Below, in pieces: positions 8,578 through 18,681 of a stretch of DNA of 64,000 nt. The position numbers and the translations under genes are program-made. The stretch covers positions 66,526-130,525 of the forward strand of contig DYTB01000001.1 of NCBI GenBank assembly GCA_020726185.1, written 5' to 3'. The DNA comes from Candidatus Odyssella sp. Lineage in GTDB: Bacteria > Pseudomonadota > Alphaproteobacteria > Paracaedibacterales > CAITNM01. The notes under the pieces were generated by a model. The model was not told where the DNA came from, did no database searches, and was given only the letters and a program-made list of their open reading frames with translations. Position 1 is the stretch's first letter; each line of letters starts with the position of its first letter.

Positions 8578-10326
8578 ATGAGCACCATTCAATTCATTTT
8601 AGAAACGACAAAACCTTACAGAAAATATTTATGGGGAATGTTTTTTGCAATTTGCATTGTTTCAATAGATGCGAATGTTAAGTGGTATATAATTAAGCGA
8701 TTGATTGATACGGCCGTAATGCCAGGTGCTACAGATTTTTGGTATTTGGTTGTTATCTTTGCCGTATTTCAAATACTTTTACTGCTTGCTTGGTCGTTCA
8801 GTGATTGGTGCGCCATTAGATTTACATCAGATTTTAGAACGTATGTTGCATCATTTTTAGCTAATAAAGTTGGTACGTTTTCATATAGTTTTTTTCAAAA
8901 TAATTTGAGTGGCAGTATTGTTGCTAAAATCAACGATGCATTTAATCTAATCCCTGCAATTATTTTTACGGCTAACTATCAGTTTGTTCATTGTGCGCTG
9001 ACAGCTTTAATAGCGTTGGTGCTACTTGCAAACGTTCATGTGTTATTTGCTGTGAGATTGCTTTTATGGATGATCACATTCTTTGTTATTGTTTACGTAG
9101 GCTTTAAAAAGGCTAGACCTTTAACAGCGGCATATGCTGAATCTAAATCAGAGGTTTTTGGGCATTTGTCTGATTATTTTACCAACATGTTGAATGTAAA
9201 ATTATTTTCAACATCTTTTTTTGAAATGAAGCGATTTCAAAATGCATCAAAAGATTATGTAAATCAAGCTCAAGCACAGGGGTATTTCTTGATGAAATTC
9301 TATGTGCTTCAAGGAGCAGTGTTTTCGGTTTATACAATTGGATTTTTGCTGTTCCTTGTACATTTGCACAACTGCAATGTTATATCGCCAGGAGATTTTG
9401 CTTTGGTGTTTATGGCCAATTTTAGAATTGTTGATAAGCTGTTTGAGCTTTCTCATCAGCTTCGTGATTTTATTACAAATTGGGGATCGGTTGATCAGGC
9501 ACTAACACTTTTGAAAGGTGCACCAGAAATTCAAGATGTGCCTAATGCAGCAGCGCTTATTGTGACTCATGGGCAAATTGTTTTTGATCATGTTAAGTTC
9601 AATTATAAGGGAGCTGAACCACTTTTTGACAATACCGCCGTTACAATTGAGCCAGGGCAAAAAATTGGATTAGTAGGGTATTCTGGCGGTGGAAAAACCA
9701 CGTTTGTAAATTTAATTTTGCGCCTTTATGACGTTACATACGGCCGTATTTATATTGATGGAATTGATTCTAAACAAGTGACACAAGATTCACTGCGTGC
9801 AAACATCGGGATGATCCCGCAGGATTCATCACTGTTTCACCGATCATTGATGGAAAATATTCGTTACGGAAAAATTGATGCGAATGATGAAGAAGTGATT
9901 GAGGCATCCAAGCGTGCTCATGCACATGAATTCATTGAAAAACTACCGAAGGGGTATGAATCATTAGTAGGTGAGCGAGGAGTTAAGCTTTCCGGTGGTC
10001 AGCGTCAACGTATAGCAATTGCGCGTGCGATTTTGAAAAATGCACCGATTTTGATTTTAGATGAAGCAACTTCTCAGCTTGATTCAATAACGGAAAATTA
10101 CATTCAAAAATCTTTACAGGAATTGATGGCTGGCAAAACAACCATTGTTATTGCGCATCGTCTCTCAACACTACTGCACATGGACCGCATTTTGGTATTT
10201 GATGCAGGGAAAATTGTGGCAGATGGAACGCACGGAGAATTATTAGCTCAAAATAGTTTGTACAAAACTTTATGGGATGCTCAAGTTGGAGGATTCTTAC
10301 CAGATAGGCATGAGGAAAATTTATAA
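8578..10326 (+). CDS. ABC exporter with fused permease and ATPase (MsbA/MDR-like half transporter)
   Basis: The N-terminal region has six TM helices. Walker A is GYSGGGKTT, the ABC signature is LSGGQRQRIAIARA, and Walker B is ILILDEATS. Confidence 0.9.
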   Translation: MSTIQFILETTKPYRKYLWGMFFAICIVSIDANVKWYIIKRLIDTAVMPGATDFWYLVVIFAVFQILLLLAWSFSDWCAIRFTSDFRTYVASFLANKVGTFSYSFFQNNLSGSIVAKINDAFNLIPAIIFTANYQFVHCALTALIALVLLANVHVLFAVRLLLWMITFFVIVYVGFKKARPLTAAYAESKSEVFGHLSDYFTNMLNVKLFSTSFFEMKRFQNASKDYVNQAQAQGYFLMKFYVLQGAVFSVYTIGFLLFLVHLHNCNVISPGDFALVFMANFRIVDKLFELSHQLRDFITNWGSVDQALTLLKGAPEIQDVPNAAALIVTHGQIVFDHVKFNYKGAEPLFDNTAVTIEPGQKIGLVGYSGGGKTTFVNLILRLYDVTYGRIYIDGIDSKQVTQDSLRANIGMIPQDSSLFHRSLMENIRYGKIDANDEEVIEASKRAHAHEFIEKLPKGYESLVGERGVKLSGGQRQRIAIARAILKNAPILILDEATSQLDSITENYIQKSLQELMAGKTTIVIAHRLSTLLHMDRILVFDAGKIVADGTHGELLAQNSLYKTLWDAQVGGFLPDRHEENL

Positions 10327-10949
10327 TGCATCCAGACCCTAATACCATATACCCAATCAACGGTGTAACGCGGACATGTTATCTTAAAAATGTTATCGTG
10401 AGCCCTCAAATTATTGTAGGTGATTATACTTACTACGATGATCCTATAGATATTTATAATTTCGAACGTAACGTTCTGTACCTTTTTGAATTTATGGGAG
10501 ACAAACTCATTATTGGAAAATTCTGCCAAATAGCCACTGGTGTTCGGTTTATTATGAATGGAGGGAATCATGCTATGGACGGTGTTTCGGCATATCCATT
10601 TAAAGTAATGGGGAAATCTTGGGCAACTGCCTCTGTAAATGTTACAAGCAAAGGCGATACAAACATAGGTAATGATGTTTGGATAGGAAATGGTGTTACC
10701 TTCATGCAAGGTATTACCGTTGGCGATGGAGCAATTATTGGCACTAATAGCCTTGTGACAAAAAATGTTGAGCCGTACACAATTGTAGGAGGTAACCCTG
10801 CAAAACCAATTCGTAAAAGGTTTGACGAAGAAACAATATCTTTTCTTTTGCAATTAGCCTGGTGGAATTGGCCTATCGAAAAAATTACAGAGCATTTGAA
10901 TGCAATAATAAATGGTGATTTTGAAACGCTAAAAGCGATTCATTACTAA
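10326..10949 (+). CDS. Xenobiotic O-acetyltransferase of the Vat/CatB hexapeptide-repeat family
   Basis: The 207-aa ORF contains GDYTYYDD, FIMNGGNH, hexapeptide repeats (IGNDVWIGNGVTFMQGITVGDGAIIG) and GGNPAKPIRKRF, typical of streptogramin A/chloramphenicol acetyltransferases. Its start overlaps the ABC stop (ATAATG). Confidence 0.8.
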   Translation: MHPDPNTIYPINGVTRTCYLKNVIVSPQIIVGDYTYYDDPIDIYNFERNVLYLFEFMGDKLIIGKFCQIATGVRFIMNGGNHAMDGVSAYPFKVMGKSWATASVNVTSKGDTNIGNDVWIGNGVTFMQGITVGDGAIIGTNSLVTKNVEPYTIVGGNPAKPIRKRFDEETISFLLQLAWWNWPIEKITEHLNAIINGDFETLKAIHY

Positions 10950-11072
10950 TTTTCAATATTTAATTTCGATTTTGTAAGAATGACTAGCAAAAATAGAGCT
11001 TACGCTTGTCTATTCACCTTTTGTTAACTATTTTTGCTTTCTAATAGAAGAAATAGGGGGGGCTGAAGTTTT

Positions 11073-12278
11073 ATGAAATATCTATTTTTTCTGTTAATGA
11101 TTTTTGCGTTACACCCCAAGAGTGATTCCCAAAAAAATAATGAAGTCTGTGGTTTAAAATGTCAGGCAAACAAAGCAACGGCAGAATTAAATAAAAAGCC
11201 TTTTGTACCCGCGGCAACAGTTGCACCAAGTGATTCAGCCTTACCTTTAAACCATTTAAAAGAGCTTAGTCTTTTGCAAAAATTGCAAAAAGTTTTAAAA
11301 GCAAAGGAAGATGTGACACTTCCTGAATTTGCGCCTAATCGTCCTTTGCGTCCAAGTGATAAGGACGATAATATCCCAGCATTGCGGCAGATTTTACAGT
11401 CTTTAGGGTATTTGGAAAAAGCTACTGATTCACCATTTTTTGATACAGCTGTAAAAGCTTTTCAAGCAGGGCATTGCATAGAACCAGATGGAATTATTGG
11501 AGATGAAACCAAATCCAGAATTAACTGGAGTTATGAAAAACGCTTGAAAAAAATAGATGCTAGTATCGCGAAAATAAAAAATTTAGTGTTCACAGACCGT
11601 ACCGTAATTGTGAATATCCCAACCTATACACTGCATGCATTTGAAGATCAAAAACTCAAAATGTGTATGAAGATTATTGTTGGGAAGCCTAAGCGTCCTA
11701 CGCCGCAGATGACAAGTTATATTAATGGTGTGGAGTATAACCCAGCGTGGGTGGTGCCAAATACAATTCTTTTCGAAGATAAGCTGCCCCAAATTCAAGA
11801 AGATAAAGAATTCTTTGAAAAGAATGATTTGCAGGTTTTTGACCATGATGAAAACGAAGTTGATCCTGGTACAGTTGATTGGAGTGAAGTAGATATTCAC
11901 GATTTTCCTTATATTTTCAAGTAAAGGCCTGGCAAAAAAAATGCCCTTGGTTTGTTGAAATTTAATCTGCAAAATGATGAATTTATTTACATGCATGATA
12001 CGCCGCAACGAGAATTGTTTAAAAAATATTCGCGTGCTTTATCATCGGGTTGTATTCGGTTAGAGAAAGCTGGAAAATTTGCAAGTTGGTTGTTAGAGCT
12101 TGAAAAAGATGAAGTAAAAATAGCTATTGAGACAGACGAGACAAAAACAGAAACATTAGAAACGCCAATAACTGTATATATAACGTACATACCAGTTTGG
12201 GTTGATGAGCATCAAGGTGATGGGAAAGTGCTATGGGGAGATGATCCTTATAGCCTCGAGCCAAAGCCATTCTATTAA
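11073..12278 (+). pseudogene. YcbB/LdtD-family L,D-transpeptidase interrupted by one in-frame TAA
   Basis: ORFs 11073-11924 and 11952-12278 are in the same frame. Reading through the TAA at 11922-11924 gives FPYIFK*RPGKKNALGLLKFNLQNDEFIYMHDTPQRELFKKYSRALSSGCIRL. This parallels my recollection of E. coli LdtD ([21 protein letters not shown]...YLHDTP...RALSSGCVRV). An upstream PG-binding-like region and a signal peptide are present. Confidence 0.8.
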
Positions 12279-13157
12279 TCCCCAAAAGTGGCAAAGTCCA
12301 AAAATTCTAATACTGTTTTGTGAATCGTTTGGGCTCCATTGTTTTAAAAGAATTTGCAAAAATAAGAAGCCTATACCTACCGGAATAATGCCAATTATCC
12401 CAAAAAATATAAACAGTGCGATATGTAGCAATAAATTGATGCATGTTAGCCAGGTTTTAGGGGCATTACGCATGACAATGGCTGTTGATTTTACATTGGC
12501 TTTTAAATCATCGGAAATATCGGCGAATGCATAAATGGTGTCGTAAAAAATTGTCCATAAAACCAAACTTGCGAATAAGCATAGAAGTTGCCAAGAAAAC
12601 GTAAGCGCTGAAAAGTGAGCAATCGCAATAAGCAACCCAATATTAAACGTGAACCCTAAAAATAGTTGAGGCCAAAAGGTGAAGCGCTTCATGAATGGAT
12701 AAATGATCATAAGAATTGCCGCAACAACACTTATGCATTTGGCTGCTGGGTTTAGGAACATCCAGATACATGCACCAATGCTTAGTAGAAAGCTTAAGAA
12801 AATGTATGCTTGTGTTTTGGTAAGCAGGTTGGCTGCTAAAGGCCTTGATTTTGTACGTTCAACTTTTGCGTCTATGTCTTTATCAACCAAGTCATTAATA
12901 ACACAACCAGCGCTGCGTAAGGCAACTGCGCCAATGAAAAATAGAATATAGTCAAAAAGACTACCATGGCTAATTGCAAGCCCACAAAAACATGGCCACA
13001 GTAGCAACCATATGCCAATGGGTCTATGTAGGCGCGCCAGGTGAATGTATGGTAGAAACTGTATAGGACTAAAAAATTTAAAATTATGACACGACTTTAC
13101 CTTACCCAAACCTTGAATGCAGGGCAAATTATTGAGCTGACTAAGGACCAACGTCAT
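12231..13157 (-). CDS. ubiA: 4-hydroxybenzoate polyprenyltransferase
   Basis: UbiA prenyltransferase motifs are present (NDLVDKDIDAKVERTKSRPLA, LARLHRPIGIWLLLWP) and the protein is polytopic. The start is uncertain because the annotated 5-prime end overlaps the rsmE 5-prime end by 72 nt. Confidence 0.85.
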   Translation of the reverse strand: MTLVLSQLNNLPCIQGLGKVKSCHNFKFFSPIQFLPYIHLARLHRPIGIWLLLWPCFCGLAISHGSLFDYILFFIGAVALRSAGCVINDLVDKDIDAKVERTKSRPLAANLLTKTQAYIFLSFLLSIGACIWMFLNPAAKCISVVAAILMIIYPFMKRFTFWPQLFLGFTFNIGLLIAIAHFSALTFSWQLLCLFASLVLWTIFYDTIYAFADISDDLKANVKSTAIVMRNAPKTWLTCINLLLHIALFIFFGIIGIIPVGIGFLFLQILLKQWSPNDSQNSIRIFGLCHFWGLIEWLWLEAIRIISP

Positions 13158-13757
13158 TACTTAGAAAAGGTTTTACGCTTTGAGCGAGGGCAGCATTTTT
13201 TGGGATTTAATGAACAATGTGGTGAATGGAAAATTGTTTATGAAAAACCCAGTTATAAGTGTTTAGATCAAATACGGATCTCTGAAAAAACTCAACCTTG
13301 TTGGTTGGCATTTTCCCCTATTAAAAATGACCCAATGAATTTTTTGATAGAAAAAGCAACGGAACTTGGCGTAACAGATTTTCAACCTATTTTATGTGAA
13401 CGAACAAATAGCCACCGATTAAATATTGAGCGTTTGATTAAAAACACGCAGGAAGCTTCACAGCAATGTGAACGACTTGATGTGCCAAAAGTTCACGCGC
13501 CATTGGCTTTAAGGGAATTTTTAAATACGTTAACGAGTGATATTCACTGGTACGCAGCATTGGAACGATCTGATTCTGCTGATACTGTAATAGAATTTCC
13601 TGCTGGGTTTATTATTGGTCCAGAAGGCGGGTGGTCAGTCCAAGAACAGGGCATGTTAAAAAAATGCGCTCGTCCTATTTCTCTTGGAAAAAATATATTG
13701 CGAGCAGAAACTGCAGCTATAGTTTGTTTAAGTGCTGGAATATTTCAAAAAATATAG
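13086..13757 (+). CDS. rsmE: 16S rRNA (uracil1498-N3)-methyltransferase
   Basis: The 223-aa ORF has the RsmE pattern (HYLEKVLRFERGQHF, EKATELGV, IGPEGGWS..E, LGKNILRAETA). Confidence 0.85.
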   Translation: MTRLYLTQTLNAGQIIELTKDQRHYLEKVLRFERGQHFLGFNEQCGEWKIVYEKPSYKCLDQIRISEKTQPCWLAFSPIKNDPMNFLIEKATELGVTDFQPILCERTNSHRLNIERLIKNTQEASQQCERLDVPKVHAPLALREFLNTLTSDIHWYAALERSDSADTVIEFPAGFIIGPEGGWSVQEQGMLKKCARPISLGKNILRAETAAIVCLSAGIFQKI

Positions 13758-13835
13758 TTGGTAATTTTCACAAGATAGCTTCCGATTTTGTTGGTTTTTT
13801 GTTACTCTATATGTGTGTTGATTGCGGAGAAATGT

Positions 13836-14993
13836 GTGAAGAAGATTTTAAATTGCTTTATTTTTTTTGTTTTGGTTTTTTTAAATTCTTCAAATGCGCA
13901 TGCTAATAACTTTGCATACATGATTGTTGATGGTCAGTCTGGAAAAGTTATGACAAGTCACCGAGCTGATGAACTTCGTCCTCCGGCATCATTAACTAAA
14001 ATCATGACTTTGTATTTAATTTTCGAAGCTATTCAAAATGGCAAAATAAATCTGACAACACGATTTTCAGTTTCTAAACGAGCAACGCAACAAGAGCCAT
14101 GCAACTTATGGCTAAAGATGGGCTCAACAATCAGTGTAAAAGACATTATCTACGCGTTGGTTACTAGGTCAGCTAATGATATGTCGGTAACCATTGCCGA
14201 GGGTCTTTCAGGGAGTGTTGAAAAATTTTCTGAACTGATGAATCAAAAAGCAAAAGAATTAGGAATGACGCGCACAAAATTTTATAATCCCACAGGTCTA
14301 CCTGATAGAAGACAAGTTACAACAGCTAAAGATATGATGACTTTGGCCAGGGCCCTTCACAAAAATTTCCCCAAAGAATACGCGTATTTTAAAACAAAAA
14401 CTTTTAGTTTTAATGGCAAGCCTATACGTAACCATAACCGCATGTTGAATTCATTTACTGGGTGCGATGGCATTAAAACTGGATTTACTTTTGCATCTAG
14501 ATTTAACATTAGTGTGTCCGCTCAGCGAATTGCCGCTGATGGAAAGCCAATTCGTGTTTTTGCTGTTGTGCTTGGCGGGCAGACGTCTGTTTCACGAGAT
14601 AAAAAAACGGCAGAATTAATGGAAAAGGCATTCAAGAAACTTCATGCTACGCCCAGAATGCAAGAAGTTGTTGCAACACAAGATGATGTTGCTGAAGCAG
14701 ATCAAATTGATCAACTAGTAGAGGAAACTGAGGTCGCAGAAGTAAACGAGCATATTCAGGAATTATCACAACCTTTGCAGTCATTACCGAAAGCTAACAA
14801 CAGAAGAAATCGAAAAAATTCAAAAGCGAAACCTAAGCAAGTTAAGCCATCACCAGTAGTGAAACCAAGTCAAATTTCTGTTAGTTTGAGCGATCCTATA
14901 GAAGAAATTATTAAAAATCCTTTGAATGTTGATATTAATCGAGATCTTCCTGCTGGTTGGGTAAAAGCAAAACCAAACTTTAAATCATCTTAA
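13836..14993 (+). CDS. D-alanyl-D-alanine carboxypeptidase (PBP5/6 class) with a charged low-complexity C-terminal extension
   Basis: The SxxK motif is SLTKIM, SxN is SAND, and KTG is IKTGFT. A GTG at 13836 gives a good signal peptide (MKKILNCFIFFVLVFLNSSNAHA). The ORF-track TTG start at 13788 is an alternative. Confidence 0.85.
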   Translation: MKKILNCFIFFVLVFLNSSNAHANNFAYMIVDGQSGKVMTSHRADELRPPASLTKIMTLYLIFEAIQNGKINLTTRFSVSKRATQQEPCNLWLKMGSTISVKDIIYALVTRSANDMSVTIAEGLSGSVEKFSELMNQKAKELGMTRTKFYNPTGLPDRRQVTTAKDMMTLARALHKNFPKEYAYFKTKTFSFNGKPIRNHNRMLNSFTGCDGIKTGFTFASRFNISVSAQRIAADGKPIRVFAVVLGGQTSVSRDKKTAELMEKAFKKLHATPRMQEVVATQDDVAEADQIDQLVEETEVAEVNEHIQELSQPLQSLPKANNRRNRKNSKAKPKQVKPSPVVKPSQISVSLSDPIEEIIKNPLNVDINRDLPAGWVKAKPNFKSS

Positions 14994-15084
14994 TGAATCA
15001 ACACATTACGGCAAACTATAAATTAAATAAATATTAATATTCTTAGCGTAATATATAGATAACAAAATAGATTTTGAGGTCTGT

Positions 15085-15555
15085 ATGAGAAGATTAATTT
15101 GTAGCTGTATGGTTTTTTTGTCTGTAACAGCATTGTGTGCCGGTGATCTTGATGGTGTATTGTTAAGTGTGTTGATGGCTAATCGTCAAGTACATGCTCA
15201 ACCTGAAAAGCCCGAGGTTAAAAATGGTAAAATACTCGAGCATGCAAAAGTTGAAACATCAGCGGTAGCGTTGCCTTCTCAAGCTGAGTTTTTAGCAGGC
15301 CAAGATGACGAAAGTTCACAGAAAAATAAAAGTGGCACTACTATTTTAGATAGCGCAAATGCACCTAATCCAGTGAGTGATGAACTGCATAAGCAAGAAA
15401 CAGTGGAAGATTTAAAAAAATATCCAGTTGTTTCAGGGCAAGGGCCAAATGAAGATGAATCAGTCAGTGAAGCCGCGCTTAATTTAAAACTGTTAAACCC
15501 AAATCCTGAAGGTGCAAGTGCTTTACGTATGGCCGAGCCTGCAGCAGCTACGTAG
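15085..15555 (+). CDS. Hypothetical secreted protein, low complexity
   Basis: It has a signal-like N-terminus (MRRLICSCMVFLSVTALCAG). The rest is acidic and Pro/Ser/Glu-rich, and I recognise no motif. Confidence 0.4.
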   Translation: MRRLICSCMVFLSVTALCAGDLDGVLLSVLMANRQVHAQPEKPEVKNGKILEHAKVETSAVALPSQAEFLAGQDDESSQKNKSGTTILDSANAPNPVSDELHKQETVEDLKKYPVVSGQGPNEDESVSEAALNLKLLNPNPEGASALRMAEPAAAT

Positions 15556-15557
15556 GT

Positions 15558-16832
15558 TTAAGGGGCTTTTCCGAATATTAAGGATGCGTTTGTTCCGCCA
15601 AATCCAAACGAGTTTGACATAACATAATTGAGCTTCTTTTCTTGTGCTGTGTGTGGCACGAAATTAAGGTCGCATCCTTCAGATGGCTCATCAAGGTTTA
15701 ATGTGGGGGGCAATATTCCATTTTGCATCGCAAAAATGGAGAAAATTGATTCCACAGCACCAGCAGCACCTAACAGGTGACCAGTTGCAGACTTGGTTGA
15801 TGATACTGCTAATTTGTAGCTGTGATCGCCAAATAGGCGCTTTATGGCTGTAACTTCAATGGGATCACCAACTGGTGTGGAGGTACCGTGAGCGTTGATA
15901 TAATCAATCTCTTCTGGTGCAAGGCCTGCATTTTTTAAGGCAGCGCGCATGGCACGGAAAGCGCCGCCACCATCTTCAGCAGGTGAAGTGATATGATGGG
16001 CGTCACCAGACATACCATAGCCAAGAACTTCCGCATAAATTTTAGCGCCACGCTTCTTCGCGTGTTCATATTCTTCTAGGACAACAATTCCTGAGCCTTC
16101 ACCCATGACGAAACCATCACGGTTTCTATCCCAAGGGCGAGAAGCTTTAGTAGGATTGTCATTAAATGCTGTTGAAAGAGTACGAGAGGCGGCAAATCCA
16201 GCCATGCCAGCGCGACAAACGGCTGCTTCTGCTCCGCCTGCAACCATAACGTCCGCATCATCAAGCATAATCATGCGGGCTGCGTCACCAATAGAATGCG
16301 CGCCTGTTGCACAAGCAGTGACAACCGCATGATTTGGCCCTTGAAATCCATGACGAATTGAAACTTGACCTGATGCTAAGTTAATTAGACTTGCTGGAAT
16401 AAAGAAAGGGCTAACGCGTCGTGCGCTTTGCTGGAGTAGGGTGACAGAAGTTTCATAAATCCACGGAAGGCCGCCGATTCCTGAGCCAATGGTTACGCCC
16501 GTGCGTTCTCTGCCTTCACTATCAGTAGGTTGCCATCCAGAATCTTTAACCGCTTCATCTGCCGCTGCTATAGCACACAAAATAAAACGGTCAATTTTCC
16601 GTTGTTCTTTAGGCTCTAAATAGTCAGAAGCATTAAAGAGCCCTGGTTGTATTGGTGCATCACTTGGTTGAAGTGGAAGTGACCCAGCAATTTTTGCTGA
16701 GAGATCCGACACATCAAAAGCATCAATCGAGCTAATGCCAGATTGACTAGAGATTAACTTTTCCCAAGTTAGTTGGGCACCATTTGCCAGTGGCGTAATG
16801 GCGCCAACACCAGTAACAACGACTCTTCTCAT
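15558..16832 (-). CDS. fabF: 3-oxoacyl-ACP synthase II
   Basis: The 424-aa ORF has the active-site context VVTACATGAHSIGDA, plus HGTSTPVGD and SNSFGFGGTNASL. It lies directly downstream of acpP. Confidence 0.93.
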   Translation of the reverse strand: MRRVVVTGVGAITPLANGAQLTWEKLISSQSGISSIDAFDVSDLSAKIAGSLPLQPSDAPIQPGLFNASDYLEPKEQRKIDRFILCAIAAADEAVKDSGWQPTDSEGRERTGVTIGSGIGGLPWIYETSVTLLQQSARRVSPFFIPASLINLASGQVSIRHGFQGPNHAVVTACATGAHSIGDAARMIMLDDADVMVAGGAEAAVCRAGMAGFAASRTLSTAFNDNPTKASRPWDRNRDGFVMGEGSGIVVLEEYEHAKKRGAKIYAEVLGYGMSGDAHHITSPAEDGGGAFRAMRAALKNAGLAPEEIDYINAHGTSTPVGDPIEVTAIKRLFGDHSYKLAVSSTKSATGHLLGAAGAVESIFSIFAMQNGILPPTLNLDEPSEGCDLNFVPHTAQEKKLNYVMSNSFGFGGTNASLIFGKAP

Positions 16833-16837
16833 TGTAT

Positions 16838-17074
16838 TTAATTAATTTTTTCCTGGAGATACACGATAGCTGAGCCAACTGTTGTTAGCTTTTGTGCAGC
16901 GTCATCGGGAATTTCGCATTTGAATTCTTCTTCGAACTTCATTACAAGTTCAACTTGATCAAGACTATCTGCGCCGAGATCGTCAACAAAATTTGCACCG
17001 TCAATAACTTTTGAGGCATCTACGCCAAGATGATCGACAACAATTTGTTTTACGCGTGCGGTAATATCAGACAT
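16838..17074 (-). CDS. acpP: Acyl carrier protein
   Basis: The 78-aa ORF has the phosphopantetheine attachment motif [13 protein letters not shown]. Confidence 0.93.
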   Translation of the reverse strand: MSDITARVKQIVVDHLGVDASKVIDGANFVDDLGADSLDQVELVMKFEEEFKCEIPDDAAQKLTTVGSAIVYLQEKIN

Positions 17075-17220
17075 GAAACCTTCACTGAGTTAATTTGTTA
17101 ATTGTGGTTAAGATTTAGCCGTGTTTTTGAGAAAATACAAGAACAAAACGCATGGCATGTGTATAAATGAATATTTAATATGCTAAATACCTTTTAAAAC
17201 TTCATTGCAACTGCGATTGG

Positions 17221-18318
17221 CTAGACATTAAATCTAAAATGGAAAATGTCCCCGTCATGCACAAGGTAGTCTCGCCCTTCTTGACGAAGCTTCCCCAAAG
17301 TTTTTGCACCTTGCTCGCCCTGACACGTAACGTAGTCTTGGTAAGCTATGGTTTCAGCGCAAATGAAGCCACGTTCAAAATCAGTGTGGATAGCACCTGC
17401 TGCCTGAGGGGCTTTGGCGCCTTTATGCACAGTCCATGCGCGTGCTTCTTTTGGCCCGATGGTGAAAAATGTTAATAAGTCCAGCAATCCATACCCAGCA
17501 CGAATAACTTGACGTAGACCAGTTTCTTTTAGTCCTAAGGACTGTAAAAATTCTTGTTGTTCTGCTTCGTCGTTGAGGCTGGAAACCTCAGCTTCTATTG
17601 CAGCAGAAATAATAACGGCAGAATCACCCCTGCTTTTGGCATATGCTATAACTTTTTCGGTAAAGCTATTACCTGTTGCAGCTTCTTCTGACACATTGCA
17701 CACGTACAAAATGGGTTTAGATGTAAGCAATTGCAATTGTTCAAAGGTCTCTTTTTCTGTTTCAGCTATTTTAGCTGCTTTTGCAGGTTTGCCTTCTTGT
17801 AGCAGAGGTAATACCTTTTGAATTACCTCTAAAATTTCTTTTGCTTCTTTATCATTGCCACGGGCGCGTTTTTCTAAATTTGAAATACGCTTTTCTACAG
17901 ACTCAAGATCAGCTAACAGTAGTTCAGTTTCTATAGTGGTAAGGTCCCGGATGGGATCGACAGATCCATCTACGTGAGTGATGTCATCATCTTCAAAGCA
18001 GCGTAGTACATGCAAGATAGCATCAACACTTCTGATGTATCCTAAGAACTGGTTACCAAGTCCTTCACCTTTGCTAGCGCCACGTACTAGACCTGCAATA
18101 TCAACAAATTCAAGTTGGGTTGGAATAATTTTTTGCGAACTAGCAAGTTTGGCCAAGATCTCTAAACGATCATCGGGCACACCTACGCGTCCAACGTTAG
18201 GTTCAATGGTGCAAAACGGATAGTTTGCTGCTTGTGCAGCTGCAGTTGCTGTTAACGCATTAAATAAGGTTGATTTACCAACATTTGGTAGACCAACAAT
18301 TCCACAATTAAATCCCAT
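17221..18318 (-). CDS. ychF: Ribosome-binding ATPase YchF
   Basis: The N-terminus reads MGFNCGIVGLPNVGKSTLFNALT and the C-terminal TGS-like region reads RAWTVHKGAKAPQAAGAIHTDFERGFI. The start is set at the ATG at 18318, not the longer ORF-track start at 18375. Confidence 0.9.
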   Translation of the reverse strand: MGFNCGIVGLPNVGKSTLFNALTATAAAQAANYPFCTIEPNVGRVGVPDDRLEILAKLASSQKIIPTQLEFVDIAGLVRGASKGEGLGNQFLGYIRSVDAILHVLRCFEDDDITHVDGSVDPIRDLTTIETELLLADLESVEKRISNLEKRARGNDKEAKEILEVIQKVLPLLQEGKPAKAAKIAETEKETFEQLQLLTSKPILYVCNVSEEAATGNSFTEKVIAYAKSRGDSAVIISAAIEAEVSSLNDEAEQQEFLQSLGLKETGLRQVIRAGYGLLDLLTFFTIGPKEARAWTVHKGAKAPQAAGAIHTDFERGFICAETIAYQDYVTCQGEQGAKTLGKLRQEGRDYLVHDGDIFHFRFNV

Positions 18319-18455
18319 ATTATTCTCAAGTCTATTTTTGTTCACTAATGTGGCGAATTTCGGGAAAAACAGCAAGGGTTTGTGGATTTTTGTATATTGC
18401 CTTTTTTACTAACCCCATAGACAAATTTTATTGTGAAAGCTAATATTTGCCTGTG

Positions 18456-18532
18456 GTTCCCGTAGCTCAGCAGGATAGAGCGCAAGATTCCTAATCTTGA
18501 GGCCATGAGTTCGAATCTCGTCGGGAACGCCA
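18456..18532 (+). tRNA. tRNA-Arg, anticodon CCT, with CCA encoded
   Basis: A manual cloverleaf fold works. The acceptor is GTTCCCG/CGGGAAC, the D arm is GCTC/GAGC, and the anticodon stem is CAAGA/TCTTG with loop TTCCTAA. The T arm is ATGAG-TTCGAAT-CTCGT, the discriminator is G and CCA follows, for 77 nt in total. Confidence 0.9.
18487..18532 (+). repeat. attL core (46-bp direct repeat, the tRNA-Arg 3-prime portion)
   Basis: It is identical to 32485-32530. Confidence 0.85.
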
Positions 18533-18575
18533 GTTATATAAATGGTTATGGGGATTTCTAAATTATCAAAAATTC

Positions 18576-18598
18576 TTCGGGGTTACGCCGGGGTTACA
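18576..18598 (+). promoter_or_regulatory. Tandem GGGGTTAC motif, a candidate integrase arm-type site (P-prime arm)
   Basis: TTCGGGGTTACGCCGGGGTTACA lies 43 bp after attL. A near-identical copy, TTCGGGGTTACACCGGGGTTACA, is at 32343-32365. Confidence 0.4.
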
Positions 18599-18681
18599 TT
18601 TTGAAGTAAATTAAGTCTCACTTTTTTGTAAACATTAAGTGTACATAAACTGTGTCTTTAATTTTTTTCACTTTCTCTGTG

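Noticed and set aside
13086-13157. A 72-nt divergent overlap of the ubiA and rsmE 5-prime ends as a regulatory feature.
   Set aside because: It is most likely caused by an over-extended ubiA start. The conserved UbiA region begins near LARLHRPIG, about 40 codons downstream, and a non-ATG start is plausible.
13631-13906. A 91-aa plus-strand ORF bridging the rsmE end and the carboxypeptidase start.
   Set aside because: It overlaps both better-supported genes in alternative frames and has no motif support.
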